Below are positions 18,159-26,125 of a DNA stretch of 46,393 bases, piece after piece. A program made the translations under genes and the position numbers. The DNA is taken from positions 1-46,393 of the forward strand of contig JAFXIB010000098.1 of NCBI GenBank assembly GCA_017533505.1. Reading direction: 5' to 3'. Positions within the stretch are counted from its first letter, which is position 1. Each line of letters starts with the position of its first letter. The notes below the pieces were generated by a model that searched no databases, was not told the origin of the DNA, and saw only the letters and a list, made by a program, of their open reading frames with translations. Source of the stretch: Clostridia bacterium (GTDB lineage: Bacteria; Bacillota; Clostridia; Christensenellales; DTU072).

Positions 18159-20771
18159 TTATTCTTTGGCCTTAACAATATCCAAAGGCTTATATGCTCT
18201 AAGTTTTAAGAATGGAAGAATGAAGGATAGGAACACTATGATTACAACAAGGATGCTGTTGCGGATAAGGTCAAGGTAGTTAACAAACAAAACGTCAAGA
18301 TCCATCATAAAGTCGTTGGGTGCAAGCTCTATAAGCGAGGTGATTAAGACGTCGTTTGCAAAACCCGTAAGGAGCAAAGAGCCTACCATATAAAATAGAT
18401 TAATTACGATTACAGCTACAACGATTTGTACGCCGAACATAATGGTTAGCTCATAGTTGCGTGCGCCGAGGGCTTTTAATATGCCTATTTCGTATTTCCT
18501 TTCCTTGACAAGGCGCATGCCATAGTTAACCAAGATAAGCAAGGCGCAAGCACAAAGGCCTATTAGAATTAGGTTGAAGAAGTCGCTAAATACGTCAACG
18601 GCTTTGGTAAGAGTCGTTAGTGCAACAGCTGTTATAGAGTTTAGTATAAAGCCACTTTCGGCTGCAACGTCGCTAATTAACGCAACGTTTGAAACGTCAT
18701 CAAAATACAAAGCGGACGTAAAGGTATTTATTTGCATAAGCTCGGTGAAGGCACCTGCTCCGATATATGAGGTGGCGCCATCTATAAGGCGCACGATTTT
18801 AAGCTTTTTGCTACATACAACCTGCGTCCTATTTAAATCGTAGTGATAATAATACTTAAGTTCGATTTCTTCGGGAACAAACTCGGACAAATTACCGACG
18901 CCGTAGTTAGCGTTAAATATGGTGTTGTACTGAAGATAGCTCATATAAATTTCATCATCGTTTATAGCGTAACTACTCCTCAAATCGCCGTGCTCAAAGT
19001 ATATACTGTTCTCGTACCCCTTGTCGCCTTTAACCAACAAAGAGTTTCGTATAGGCACCCAAGTCCTATCGTTTGAGTCAACAAAGTCTTCTTTAAAGTT
19101 AGGATTGAAAGAATAGCTGATCGCAAGGTATTGTACAACTTCATCATAAAAAGCGCGATAATCCTCGCTTGCGACAAGCTCTTTTAATTCTTCTTTTGTG
19201 AGGTCGACGTTGGCTAATTTATCGATTATGTATTTATGCTTTTGCTTATAGCCGGTGTTTATTATGCCGTTTACGTGGGCATAAAAGTTCATATCCGAGC
19301 TCTTGTGTGGGCCAAGTAAATCCTCGTATTTACTAAAGTGAGGGTTGCCCTTGTAGTACAGTATCGCATCCGCGCTGTAATCGGTTATGTAAATACCACT
19401 GTTTTTAATCGTATCGGCAAGAGCCAAATACTCTAAACCATTAAAGGTTTTTTTTACGTAATCTTCCGTGGTGACTAACGTACCCCTCGTGCCGTAATAG
19501 AATACGTTGTTGCTTGGGGTAACGTTATACATATGGTTTGATGCAAGCGTTTGCACCGGCCCGTAATCCAATACGACGTTTACAAGCTCATATATGCTCT
19601 CATCATATCCCGCTTGGGTAAATCTCGCAATATCCTCTTTACCAACGGGGATTAGATGATTTTTGCTCACGGTGTAATCGGCGCCTATAACGTCGTTTTT
19701 ATATAGGGAAATGGAATTTAGGTTGAGTTCATCGAGTTCTTTTTTTATGGTTTTGCTGGAGTCGAAATTAACTATCAGTTGGCTTAAACCAAGTATCATT
19801 ATCAAGCCGGCAACCACTAACGAATGAAGACAAAGCCTAAACGCATCCTTTTTTAAAAACTTTAAAGCTAAAGTCATTATGCTTTTAAACGAAAGGTGTT
19901 TATCACTTATGCTAACTGTAATTTTTTCTTCAAATTCGCGCGCTGAGTTTTCGATAAAAATATCGTTGGTTTGGGTTATCCTTTTTACTTTGCCTGATGC
20001 CAAGTACTTGTCTATGAGAGCTTTATCCCTTTCGTCAAACTCTTTGTATGCGGGAATAAACAACTCCTCTTCCACAAGCGTTGCGTTATATAAATAATTA
20101 GGATTGCGCGCAAGATCGTTTATAACTTTGCCCGCCGAAAGCTCGATTATCCTATCTGCGTATTCTCTTGCATCTACAAGATTATGGGAAACAATCAGCA
20201 CCAACGTTTCTTTTGAGAGCTCTTTAAGTAGCGTTAAAATTTGAGAGGTGGTCTTGCTATCAAGATTGCCGGTGGGCTCATCGGCTAATATGATGCGCGG
20301 TTTTTTTATAATGGCACGAGCGATAGCAACACGTTGCTTTTCGCCACCCGATAGCTCATTAGGATATCTGTTTTCATAACCGGCAAGGCCAACTTTTTCT
20401 AAAATTGCGGCTATTTTTCCCTCGTCGTTTTGTTGTTGAAGGTCAAGGCTAACCTTGATATTTTCATAAATGGTAAGCTCGTCAATCAAATGAAAGTCTT
20501 GGAAGACGTACCCTATCATGGAGTTACGATAGTTAACAAAATCCTTTTCTTTAAAGCTCGAAAAGGCGTTGCCGTTAACAAAAACGTCGCCCGATGTAAG
20601 ATTATCAAGTCCGCCGATTATGCTGAGCAAAGTAGTCTTACCACTACCGCTTTTACCTATAATAAAAACAAAGCCCTTATCCGGCACGGAAAAAGAGACG
20701 TTATCCAAAGCTACACAATGGTCTTTTTTCTTGCTTTTATATATTTTGGTAAGATTTGTTACTTTTATCAT
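18159..20771 (-). CDS. Fused ABC transporter ATPase + MacB/FtsX-type permease (870 aa)
   Basis: It has Walker A (GKSGSGKTT), the signature LSGGEKQR and Walker B ([11 protein letters not shown]). A large extracytoplasmic region and a C-terminal FtsX-like 4-TM bundle ([15 protein letters not shown]) follow. The start was set to the ATG at 20771, which has an AGAGGT RBS. Confidence 0.85.
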   Translation of the reverse strand: MIKVTNLTKIYKSKKKDHCVALDNVSFSVPDKGFVFIIGKSGSGKTTLLSIIGGLDNLTSGDVFVNGNAFSSFKEKDFVNYRNSMIGYVFQDFHLIDELTIYENIKVSLDLQQQNDEGKIAAILEKVGLAGYENRYPNELSGGEKQRVAIARAIIKKPRIILADEPTGNLDSKTTSQILTLLKELSKETLVLIVSHNLVDAREYADRIIELSAGKVINDLARNPNYLYNATLVEEELFIPAYKEFDERDKALIDKYLASGKVKRITQTNDIFIENSAREFEEKITVSISDKHLSFKSIMTLALKFLKKDAFRLCLHSLVVAGLIMILGLSQLIVNFDSSKTIKKELDELNLNSISLYKNDVIGADYTVSKNHLIPVGKEDIARFTQAGYDESIYELVNVVLDYGPVQTLASNHMYNVTPSNNVFYYGTRGTLVTTEDYVKKTFNGLEYLALADTIKNSGIYITDYSADAILYYKGNPHFSKYEDLLGPHKSSDMNFYAHVNGIINTGYKQKHKYIIDKLANVDLTKEELKELVASEDYRAFYDEVVQYLAISYSFNPNFKEDFVDSNDRTWVPIRNSLLVKGDKGYENSIYFEHGDLRSSYAINDDEIYMSYLQYNTIFNANYGVGNLSEFVPEEIELKYYYHYDLNRTQVVCSKKLKIVRLIDGATSYIGAGAFTELMQINTFTSALYFDDVSNVALISDVAAESGFILNSITAVALTTLTKAVDVFSDFFNLILIGLCACALLILVNYGMRLVKERKYEIGILKALGARNYELTIMFGVQIVVAVIVINLFYMVGSLLLTGFANDVLITSLIELAPNDFMMDLDVLFVNYLDLIRNSILVVIIVFLSFILPFLKLRAYKPLDIVKAKE

Positions 20772-20788
20772 AGGTCTACCTCTTAACA

Positions 20789-20817
20789 AGCATAACATAG
20801 ATGCCACTTTTTTGCAA
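20789..20817 (-). promoter_or_regulatory. Candidate promoter for the ABC gene
   Basis: The minus strand reads TTGCAA, a 17-nt spacer, then TATGCT, followed by a short leader containing the RBS. Confidence 0.4.
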
Positions 20818-20852
20818 ACAAAACACCGAGCATTAACCTTCCCAAAAAGATT

Positions 20853-20884
20853 TGGTTTTGTTAAGTTATTCGCTAAAATAACTC
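20853..20884. repeat. Isolated right-arm fragment of the long-hairpin element
   Basis: GGTTTTGTTAAGTTATTCGCTAAAATAACTC resembles the right arm of the copy at 21019-21057. An 18-nt stretch, TATTCGCTAAAATAACTC, is identical at 20867-20884 and 21040-21057. Confidence 0.65.
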
Positions 20885-20934
20885 GTGATAGGATAAATAT
20901 TGTTTGAATTAGCAAGTTCTTAAATTAGCTTTAG

Positions 20935-21062
20935 GTAAGAAGAGTTAGTTTAGATGAAAAGCGACACAAAATTAAAAAACCTCCCGACGGGACTTTACTA
21001 ATCGTAAACGACCGAGGGAGGTTTTATTTTGTTATGCTATTCGCTAAAATAACTCTTCTTAC
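20935..21062. repeat. Long-hairpin intergenic element, complete copy
   Basis: It has a perfect 13-bp terminal inverted repeat, GTAAGAAGAGTTA/TAACTCTTCTTAC. The apical hairpin at 20974-21025 has the closing stem CCTCCC/GGGAGG. The right end contains the rpsR stop codon. Confidence 0.85.
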
Positions 21063-21358
21063 TCACCTTTGAAGGGAAGAAGTGCCATAATACGAGCTCT
21101 CTTGATTGCTGTTGCAAGTGCTCTTTGGTGCTTTACGCAAACACCACTCATTCTTCTTGGAAGAATCTTGCCTTTTTCAGCAATGTAACGAGGACGCTTT
21201 TCGCCATCCTTGTAGCTGCGTTCTGATGACTTTTCGATTTCTTTTGCAAGAGCAATGTAATCGATTTCGTCAACCTTGTTTACGCAGAAGGGACATACTT
21301 TCTTTTTTGGTGCACGCTTACCTGCAGGTCTTGCGGGTCTTGCATCTTTCTTTTCCAT
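21059..21358 (-). CDS. rpsR: 30S ribosomal protein S18 (with internal insertion)
   Basis: It contains [10 protein letters not shown]...[21 protein letters not shown] and sits in the conserved S6-SSB-S18 order. Confidence 0.9.
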   Translation of the reverse strand: MEKKDARPARPAGKRAPKKKVCPFCVNKVDEIDYIALAKEIEKSSERSYKDGEKRPRYIAEKGKILPRRMSGVCVKHQRALATAIKRARIMALLPFKGE

Positions 21359-21383
21359 ATTTATTACTCCTTAAAATCAATAA

Positions 21384-21809
21384 TTAGAAGGGAAGATCGT
21401 CTTCGTTTGATACGGGACGAGCGTCTTCCACTCTGGGTGCTCTCCTGGTTTCGCGAACTTCGGGAATTTCGGGAAGATCGTCTGAACCATCATTACGAGT
21501 GGAGAGGAATTGTACTTCGTCTGCAACGATTTCGGTAACATATCTTCTTACACCATCACGGTCATCATAGGTGCGAGTTTGGATTGATCCACTTACGCCA
21601 ACCTTTGAGCCCTTCTTGAGGTGCTTACCACAGTTTTCTGCTTGGTTTCTCCAGCATACTACGGGTAGGAAGTCTGTTTGCTTGTCACCGTTTTGGCTTG
21701 AATATGAGCGGTTTACGGCAACAGTAAATCTGCAAACGCAAATGTTTGAAGGTGTGTAGGATTGTTCTGGGTCTTTGGTAAGATTGCCGATAAGAATAAC
21801 TTTGTTCAT
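21384..21809 (-). CDS. ssb: Single-stranded DNA-binding protein
   Basis: The N-terminus is an OB fold (MNKVILIGNLTKDPE), and the acidic C-terminal tip is DDLPF. Confidence 0.9.
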   Translation of the reverse strand: MNKVILIGNLTKDPEQSYTPSNICVCRFTVAVNRSYSSQNGDKQTDFLPVVCWRNQAENCGKHLKKGSKVGVSGSIQTRTYDDRDGVRRYVTEIVADEVQFLSTRNDGSDDLPEIPEVRETRRAPRVEDARPVSNEDDLPF

Positions 21810-21822
21810 AACACCCTCCGAA

Positions 21823-22107
21823 TTAGAATTGCTTTGTGATCATTTGACGAACAACGTTTTCGTTGATTCTCATCTGTCTGTCAAGCTCTGCAGGAACGGT
21901 AGCTGCTGCTTCGAATTGAACGAGTACATAGTAGCCTTCGGTCTTGTAGTTGATTGGGTATGCATACTTGCGGGTACCCCACTTATCAACCATTGATACA
22001 GAACCGCCAAGACTTTCGATAAGATCAGTATACTTGGTGATAACTGCTTCTTTAGCCTCGTCTTCAATACCGTTTTCGATGATAAATAACATTTGGTATT
22101 TGTTCAT
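21823..22107 (-). CDS. rpsF: 30S ribosomal protein S6
   Basis: The 94-aa product begins MNKYQMLFII and continues with S6-like sequence. An AAAGGAGG RBS precedes it and the gene order supports the call. Confidence 0.9.
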   Translation of the reverse strand: MNKYQMLFIIENGIEDEAKEAVITKYTDLIESLGGSVSMVDKWGTRKYAYPINYKTEGYYVLVQFEAAATVPAELDRQMRINENVVRQMITKQF

Positions 22108-22185
22108 ATTTTTTACCTCCTTTTGGACTTATGGCTCTGCTTTATGCAGAACAAGGATTTACAGTTTCCTGTAAAATGCTTTAAT

Positions 22186-22214
22186 ATTATATATATTAAA
22201 TTGTGACTTGTAAA
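22186..22214 (-). promoter_or_regulatory. Sigma-A type promoter for rpsF-ssb-rpsR
   Basis: The minus strand reads TTTACA, a 17-nt spacer, then TATAAT. The leader to the rpsF start is ~75 nt. Confidence 0.55.
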
Positions 22215-22267
22215 GCAAAAAAACATAATAATTGCAGATATTTTTCAAAATTTTAATAAAAAATGTG

Positions 22268-22326
22268 TTGACAAGTACCCCCAGGGGGTATATATTAGTG
22301 GTGTACAAGATACCCCGTGGGGGTAT
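22268..22326 (+). promoter_or_regulatory. csoR/ATPase promoter with two CsoR-type operator palindromes
   Basis: The promoter is TTGACA (22268-73), a 17-nt spacer, then TATATT (22291-96). The palindrome TACCCCCAGGGGGTA (22276-90) fills the spacer. A second site, ATACCCCGTGGGGGTAT (22310-26), lies just downstream. Confidence 0.75.
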
Positions 22327-22338
22327 ATGGAGGTATTT

Positions 22339-22608
22339 ATGAAAGATGATATGCATGCTTACGGCAAAGATTGTATAACAAGACTCAATCGCATTGATGG
22401 ACAAATCAAGGGTATAACCAAGATGATAGAAAACGGCGAAGATTGTGAAAAGGTGTTGTTGCAACTTTATGCTTGCACTTGCGCGCTCAAAAAGACTTCA
22501 AACATAATTTTGAAGAGTCATCTTAACACTTGCGTTAAAGAGTCCGTCGAAAGAGGCGAAGAAGATGTCATGTCTTCATTCACCAAAATTTTGGAAAAGT
22601 TCATGTAG
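22339..22608 (+). CDS. csoR: CsoR-family metal-sensing transcriptional repressor
   Basis: It has the DUF156 fold sequence RLNRIxGQIxGIxxMI and C...H-x3-C ligands (EDCEK...SHLNTC). A GGAGG RBS precedes the ATG at 22339. Confidence 0.85.
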   Translation: MKDDMHAYGKDCITRLNRIDGQIKGITKMIENGEDCEKVLLQLYACTCALKKTSNIILKSHLNTCVKESVERGEEDVMSSFTKILEKFM

Positions 22609-22618
22609 GAGTATAAAC

Positions 22619-24733
22619 ATGGAAAACAGAGATTGTTGCTCTCAAAATATAGATAATAGTATCCCAAACGATGATATTTGCCATTTAGATGGTTGCTCCA
22701 ATGAGCACCACGACCATCACGACCACGATGACGATGGCGCTGTTGGTAGCTCTTGCTGTGGCATAGATATGGGGGAAGAAAGCCATATGTCTTGCTGTGG
22801 TGTTGACCTTGGTGGAAGCACAAAAAAAGGCAGGCTTTCTAAATATTGGATATATCTCATTGTATCCTTACCTATCCTAATAGCAAGCTTTTTGCTATCA
22901 CACTTTGATGTATATCACGCATATCCCTGGACCTCAATTTTTGACCCAGCATGGGTGGTTGTTGCTCTTTGTGGCTTGCCCATCTATCGTGGTGCTATCA
23001 AAAATCTAAAGCGCAAAAAGATTACTGCTGCCCTACTCATCAGCATTGCAATGACAGCTTCGCTCATCATGGGCATAATGCTCGCCTTTGGCGTAGGCAC
23101 TTCCCATGGACACGGAAGTTATATCTTTGCCGCTGGTGAAATAGCATTCCTTATGACTCTCGGTCAACAAATAGAAGGCGTTACCAGCAAAAAATCTCGT
23201 AGTGCTGTAAAAGCTCTCATCGATATGACCCCTGTGCTTGCAACCCTCAAAACCGATGACGGGTATGTTGATGTAAATGTTGATACTATTAATGTTGGCG
23301 ATATACTACTCACTCGTCCACATGAAATCATTGCTCTTGACGGCATAGTTGTTGCTGGCGAAGGTGAGGTTGACACATCTTCCATAACAGGCGAATATGC
23401 TCCAATGGAAGTAAAGGTTGGTGACAAGGTATATGCCGGAACAAAGAACTTGAGCTCCGCTCTCGAAATTCAAGCAATAAGCAAAAATACCGAAACCACC
23501 CTATCAAAACTGATTGCCTATGTCAAACAAGCAGAAAAGAAAAAGGCTCCTTTTGTTCGCCTCGCTGACAAATGGGCAAGCTACCTTGTACCAAGCACTT
23601 GCGTGTTGAGTGTTGTAGTATTCTTCATTGCTTTGTTTGGCTTTGGAGTTGGTGTATTGAACGCTGTACAAAGAGCCATAACCGTACTTATCGTTGTATG
23701 CCCATGCGCCATGACTCTTGCTACACCAATTGCTGTTGCTGCAGGTATTGGTAACGCAAGCAAAAAGGGTGTGCTTGTTAAGAGTGGCGTTGCCTTTGAA
23801 GCACTATCTAAAATAGATGTTGTTTGCTTGGATAAGACCGGCACTTTGACCGAAGGCAAGCCTATGGTAGAAGAAGTTATCCCATATGGAATAGAAAAGG
23901 AAGAGCTACTATATCTTTCTGCAAGCGCAGAAAGTCAATCCGAACACCTAATTGGTAAAGCCATTGTCAATGCTTTTGACGGAGCCCTTTCCGAGCCTAC
24001 CCAAACCGAAAGCCAAATTGGTGTTGGCATAAAGTCTGTTGTTGACGGAAAGGTCGTAGAAGTTGTAAAGCTACAAAGCAAGCTCGACCTTATCCCAAAA
24101 AGCGAGATAGAACGCCTTGTAAACGCCCCGGCCACCACCGTTGCTGTATTTGTTGACGGAATATATAAAGGCGCGGTTTTGGTATCTGACACAATAAGAA
24201 ATGGTGCCCAAAATGCAGTTGATGCCATGAAGGCTCTCGACCTAAAACTATCCATGCTAACTGGCGACAATCACAAGAGCGCAAACAAGATTTCTTCTTC
24301 TCTTGGTCTTGATGAAACCCACGCAGGTTTGCTACCAGAGGACAAAGTAGGCATAATTGAGGGTTACAAGCAACAAGGCAAAAAGGTTCTTATGATAGGC
24401 GATGGCGTAAACGATGCACCAAGCATGGGCGTTGCCGATACATCACTTGCAATGGGCGCAATGGGCAACAGCGTTGCCATTGAAACTGCAGATATTTCTT
24501 TATTGTCAAATGACCTAAACAAAGTACCATTCCTAATAAAGCTATCACGCATAACATTCCGTTTAGTAAAGTGCAACATTATACTTTCTCTTTGCATAAG
24601 CCTAACTGCAGTGATACTTTCTACCCTCGGCATTTTAGATGCTGTTAGTGGCGCACTTGTCCACAATGCAAGCAGTGTGTATGTATGCCTTTCTGCAAGC
24701 TTACTTCTACTATATAAGGAAAGAAAAAAGTAA
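22619..24733 (+). CDS. P1B-type heavy-metal translocating ATPase (probably Cu, from the CsoR context)
   Basis: It has the CPC transmembrane motif, the DKTGTLT phosphorylation site, and TGD and GDGVNDAP motifs. The N-terminus is rich in His and Cys-Cys pairs rather than a CxxC HMA domain. An AGGAG RBS precedes the ATG at 22619. Confidence 0.9.
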   Translation: MENRDCCSQNIDNSIPNDDICHLDGCSNEHHDHHDHDDDGAVGSSCCGIDMGEESHMSCCGVDLGGSTKKGRLSKYWIYLIVSLPILIASFLLSHFDVYHAYPWTSIFDPAWVVVALCGLPIYRGAIKNLKRKKITAALLISIAMTASLIMGIMLAFGVGTSHGHGSYIFAAGEIAFLMTLGQQIEGVTSKKSRSAVKALIDMTPVLATLKTDDGYVDVNVDTINVGDILLTRPHEIIALDGIVVAGEGEVDTSSITGEYAPMEVKVGDKVYAGTKNLSSALEIQAISKNTETTLSKLIAYVKQAEKKKAPFVRLADKWASYLVPSTCVLSVVVFFIALFGFGVGVLNAVQRAITVLIVVCPCAMTLATPIAVAAGIGNASKKGVLVKSGVAFEALSKIDVVCLDKTGTLTEGKPMVEEVIPYGIEKEELLYLSASAESQSEHLIGKAIVNAFDGALSEPTQTESQIGVGIKSVVDGKVVEVVKLQSKLDLIPKSEIERLVNAPATTVAVFVDGIYKGAVLVSDTIRNGAQNAVDAMKALDLKLSMLTGDNHKSANKISSSLGLDETHAGLLPEDKVGIIEGYKQQGKKVLMIGDGVNDAPSMGVADTSLAMGAMGNSVAIETADISLLSNDLNKVPFLIKLSRITFRLVKCNIILSLCISLTAVILSTLGILDAVSGALVHNASSVYVCLSASLLLLYKERKK

Positions 24734-24760
24734 TTAACCAATAAAAACACAACGAACTGA

Positions 24761-24788
24761 AAGAGTGAGCAATCACTCTTTTTTGTTT
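24761..24788 (+). terminator. Intrinsic terminator after the ATPase gene
   Basis: The hairpin is AAGAGTGA-GCAA-TCACTCTT, followed by TTTTTGTTTT. Confidence 0.8.
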
Positions 24789-24807
24789 TGTAGCATATAT
24801 TGGTGCG

Positions 24808-25167
24808 ATGGAAAATTATCTTGAAAACCTTGCGCGCGCCTATAACCAAAGCCTTTATGGAAATGAAAATCCTACCTTAAATCAAATGGTGGATATCATC
24901 AACGAGCAGATATATCTTTTGTCACGACTGCCTAAAGGCAACAAAATTGTGGGCTATATTCTATCCCTCAAAGAGTGTAGCAAAAACCTTGTTTTGGACA
25001 ATAAAAAACCTTCCCCAAGACATCTGCCCAAGGAAGGTGGTATTGCTAAAATATTAAGCCTACAATTGGAGCTACTAACCATTCTTGATGGTCTTGACGA
25101 CTCCTTCAATAAAGTCAGAGAGTTTGAAAACCGAGCGCTCGCCCTACTTTGTTATATCGGTAAGTAG
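24808..25167 (+). CDS. Hypothetical protein (119 aa)
   Basis: This is the only long ORF in the gap. It has no recognisable motifs and a weak RBS, and its 3' end overlaps the convergent gene by 24 nt. Confidence 0.4.
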   Translation: MENYLENLARAYNQSLYGNENPTLNQMVDIINEQIYLLSRLPKGNKIVGYILSLKECSKNLVLDNKKPSPRHLPKEGGIAKILSLQLELLTILDGLDDSFNKVREFENRALALLCYIGK

Positions 25168-26121
25168 GTCTTGGAATAGCTCATCATCTGCAAGAGAAAG
25201 CTCCACAACCTTTTTGGCAAGGCGCTCAAGCTTTGCCTTTGGTCTGTTGGATGCAAGCAAGCTTGCTGCGTTTTGTGATACATTGCTTTCTATTGTATCC
25301 AAGCCACATGCCTTTGCAATGGCATTGTCCCCTACCACAAGCTTTGCTTTTGGTTCAAATCTCTTGAGAAAATATGCTACTGCTGTAACAAATATTTCGG
25401 GTGCGTTTATATTAGGTATAACGCGCGCGATAAAAAGATGGTTCTCTTCAAGATATGCAAGATAGCTGTCTTTTACAAGGAAGGTGCCTTCTGCCCTACC
25501 AAGCATTTCCATTAGGATATCGCTTCCTACAAGTGCTGTTGGTTTGGGTAAAAGCAATACTTCTTCGCTGGTCATATCAAAAAGACGGGCTTCAACTGTG
25601 TTGCAGTAGTTGTACTCTTCAATGATGCCAGTTGCCTCCGTCACCTTTTGTGGGGTGCCAGCAAGCAAAATAGTGGTTGCTTTGGCTAAACCATGCTCTT
25701 CATATAGCTCAACTGTTTCCTTTTGCGCTGTTGCGCGCAGTGCCCTAAAAGATACAGGGGTGGAAGGCAAAATTACTTCGTGTAAAATCTCGCCACCATC
25801 ACACAAGCCAACAAGCGTTCTGCCCTCTTCAAATATGCAATAAGCATCGGCTTCGCTGATTTTTAGCTTTTCGGTAGCGCGTTTTTCCAAAAGACAATCT
25901 ATTTCTATCTCGTCATCAATCACTTTGTCGCAAGCAAGACGAATGCCCCTTTCAAGGTCAGCCTCTGATATAAATGCCTTGTCCTTTTCGGTTATAGGGA
26001 GTGTGGGCGCAACTATTTTGCACCTTCCACACAGCCCCTTGCCTCCACAAGGAAAGATGAAGCCCTCGCTCTCAAGAAGAGTGCGAAGGCTGTCGTTTGT
26101 TGCTTTTAAAGTTAGTTTCAT
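25144..26121 (-). CDS. 2Fe-2S ferredoxin-domain protein with a C-terminal domain of unknown function
   Basis: The N-terminal plant-type ferredoxin motif is CGGKGLCGRC...LAC. The rest resembles only the first part of DUF4445/RACo-like proteins. Confidence 0.55.
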   Translation of the reverse strand: MKLTLKATNDSLRTLLESEGFIFPCGGKGLCGRCKIVAPTLPITEKDKAFISEADLERGIRLACDKVIDDEIEIDCLLEKRATEKLKISEADAYCIFEEGRTLVGLCDGGEILHEVILPSTPVSFRALRATAQKETVELYEEHGLAKATTILLAGTPQKVTEATGIIEEYNYCNTVEARLFDMTSEEVLLLPKPTALVGSDILMEMLGRAEGTFLVKDSYLAYLEENHLFIARVIPNINAPEIFVTAVAYFLKRFEPKAKLVVGDNAIAKACGLDTIESNVSQNAASLLASNRPKAKLERLAKKVVELSLADDELFQDLLTDITK

Positions 26122-26125
26122 AGTC

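Noticed and set aside
20772-20915. A 48-codon N-terminal extension of the ABC ORF (MLIQTIFILS...).
   Set aside because: The extension reads through the promoter region and a fragment of the hairpin element. The ATG at 20771 has a good RBS and starts exactly at the conserved ABC N-terminus ([11 protein letters not shown]).
1-21062. Hairpin-element copies interpreted as a CRISPR array.
   Set aside because: The copies are kilobases apart, are not regularly spaced, are individually palindromic over ~125 nt, and have no cas genes nearby.
22108-22185. An S6:S18-binding autoregulatory leader upstream of rpsF.
   Set aside because: A short hairpin (CTGC-ATAA-GCAG) exists in the ~75-nt leader, but I cannot match it confidently to the known rpsF leader motif by eye.
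22159-22464. A 101-aa minus-strand ORF spanning the rpsF/csoR intergenic region.
   Set aside because: It covers two divergent promoters and the CsoR operators and runs antisense into csoR. Its sequence is AT-rich and low in complexity.
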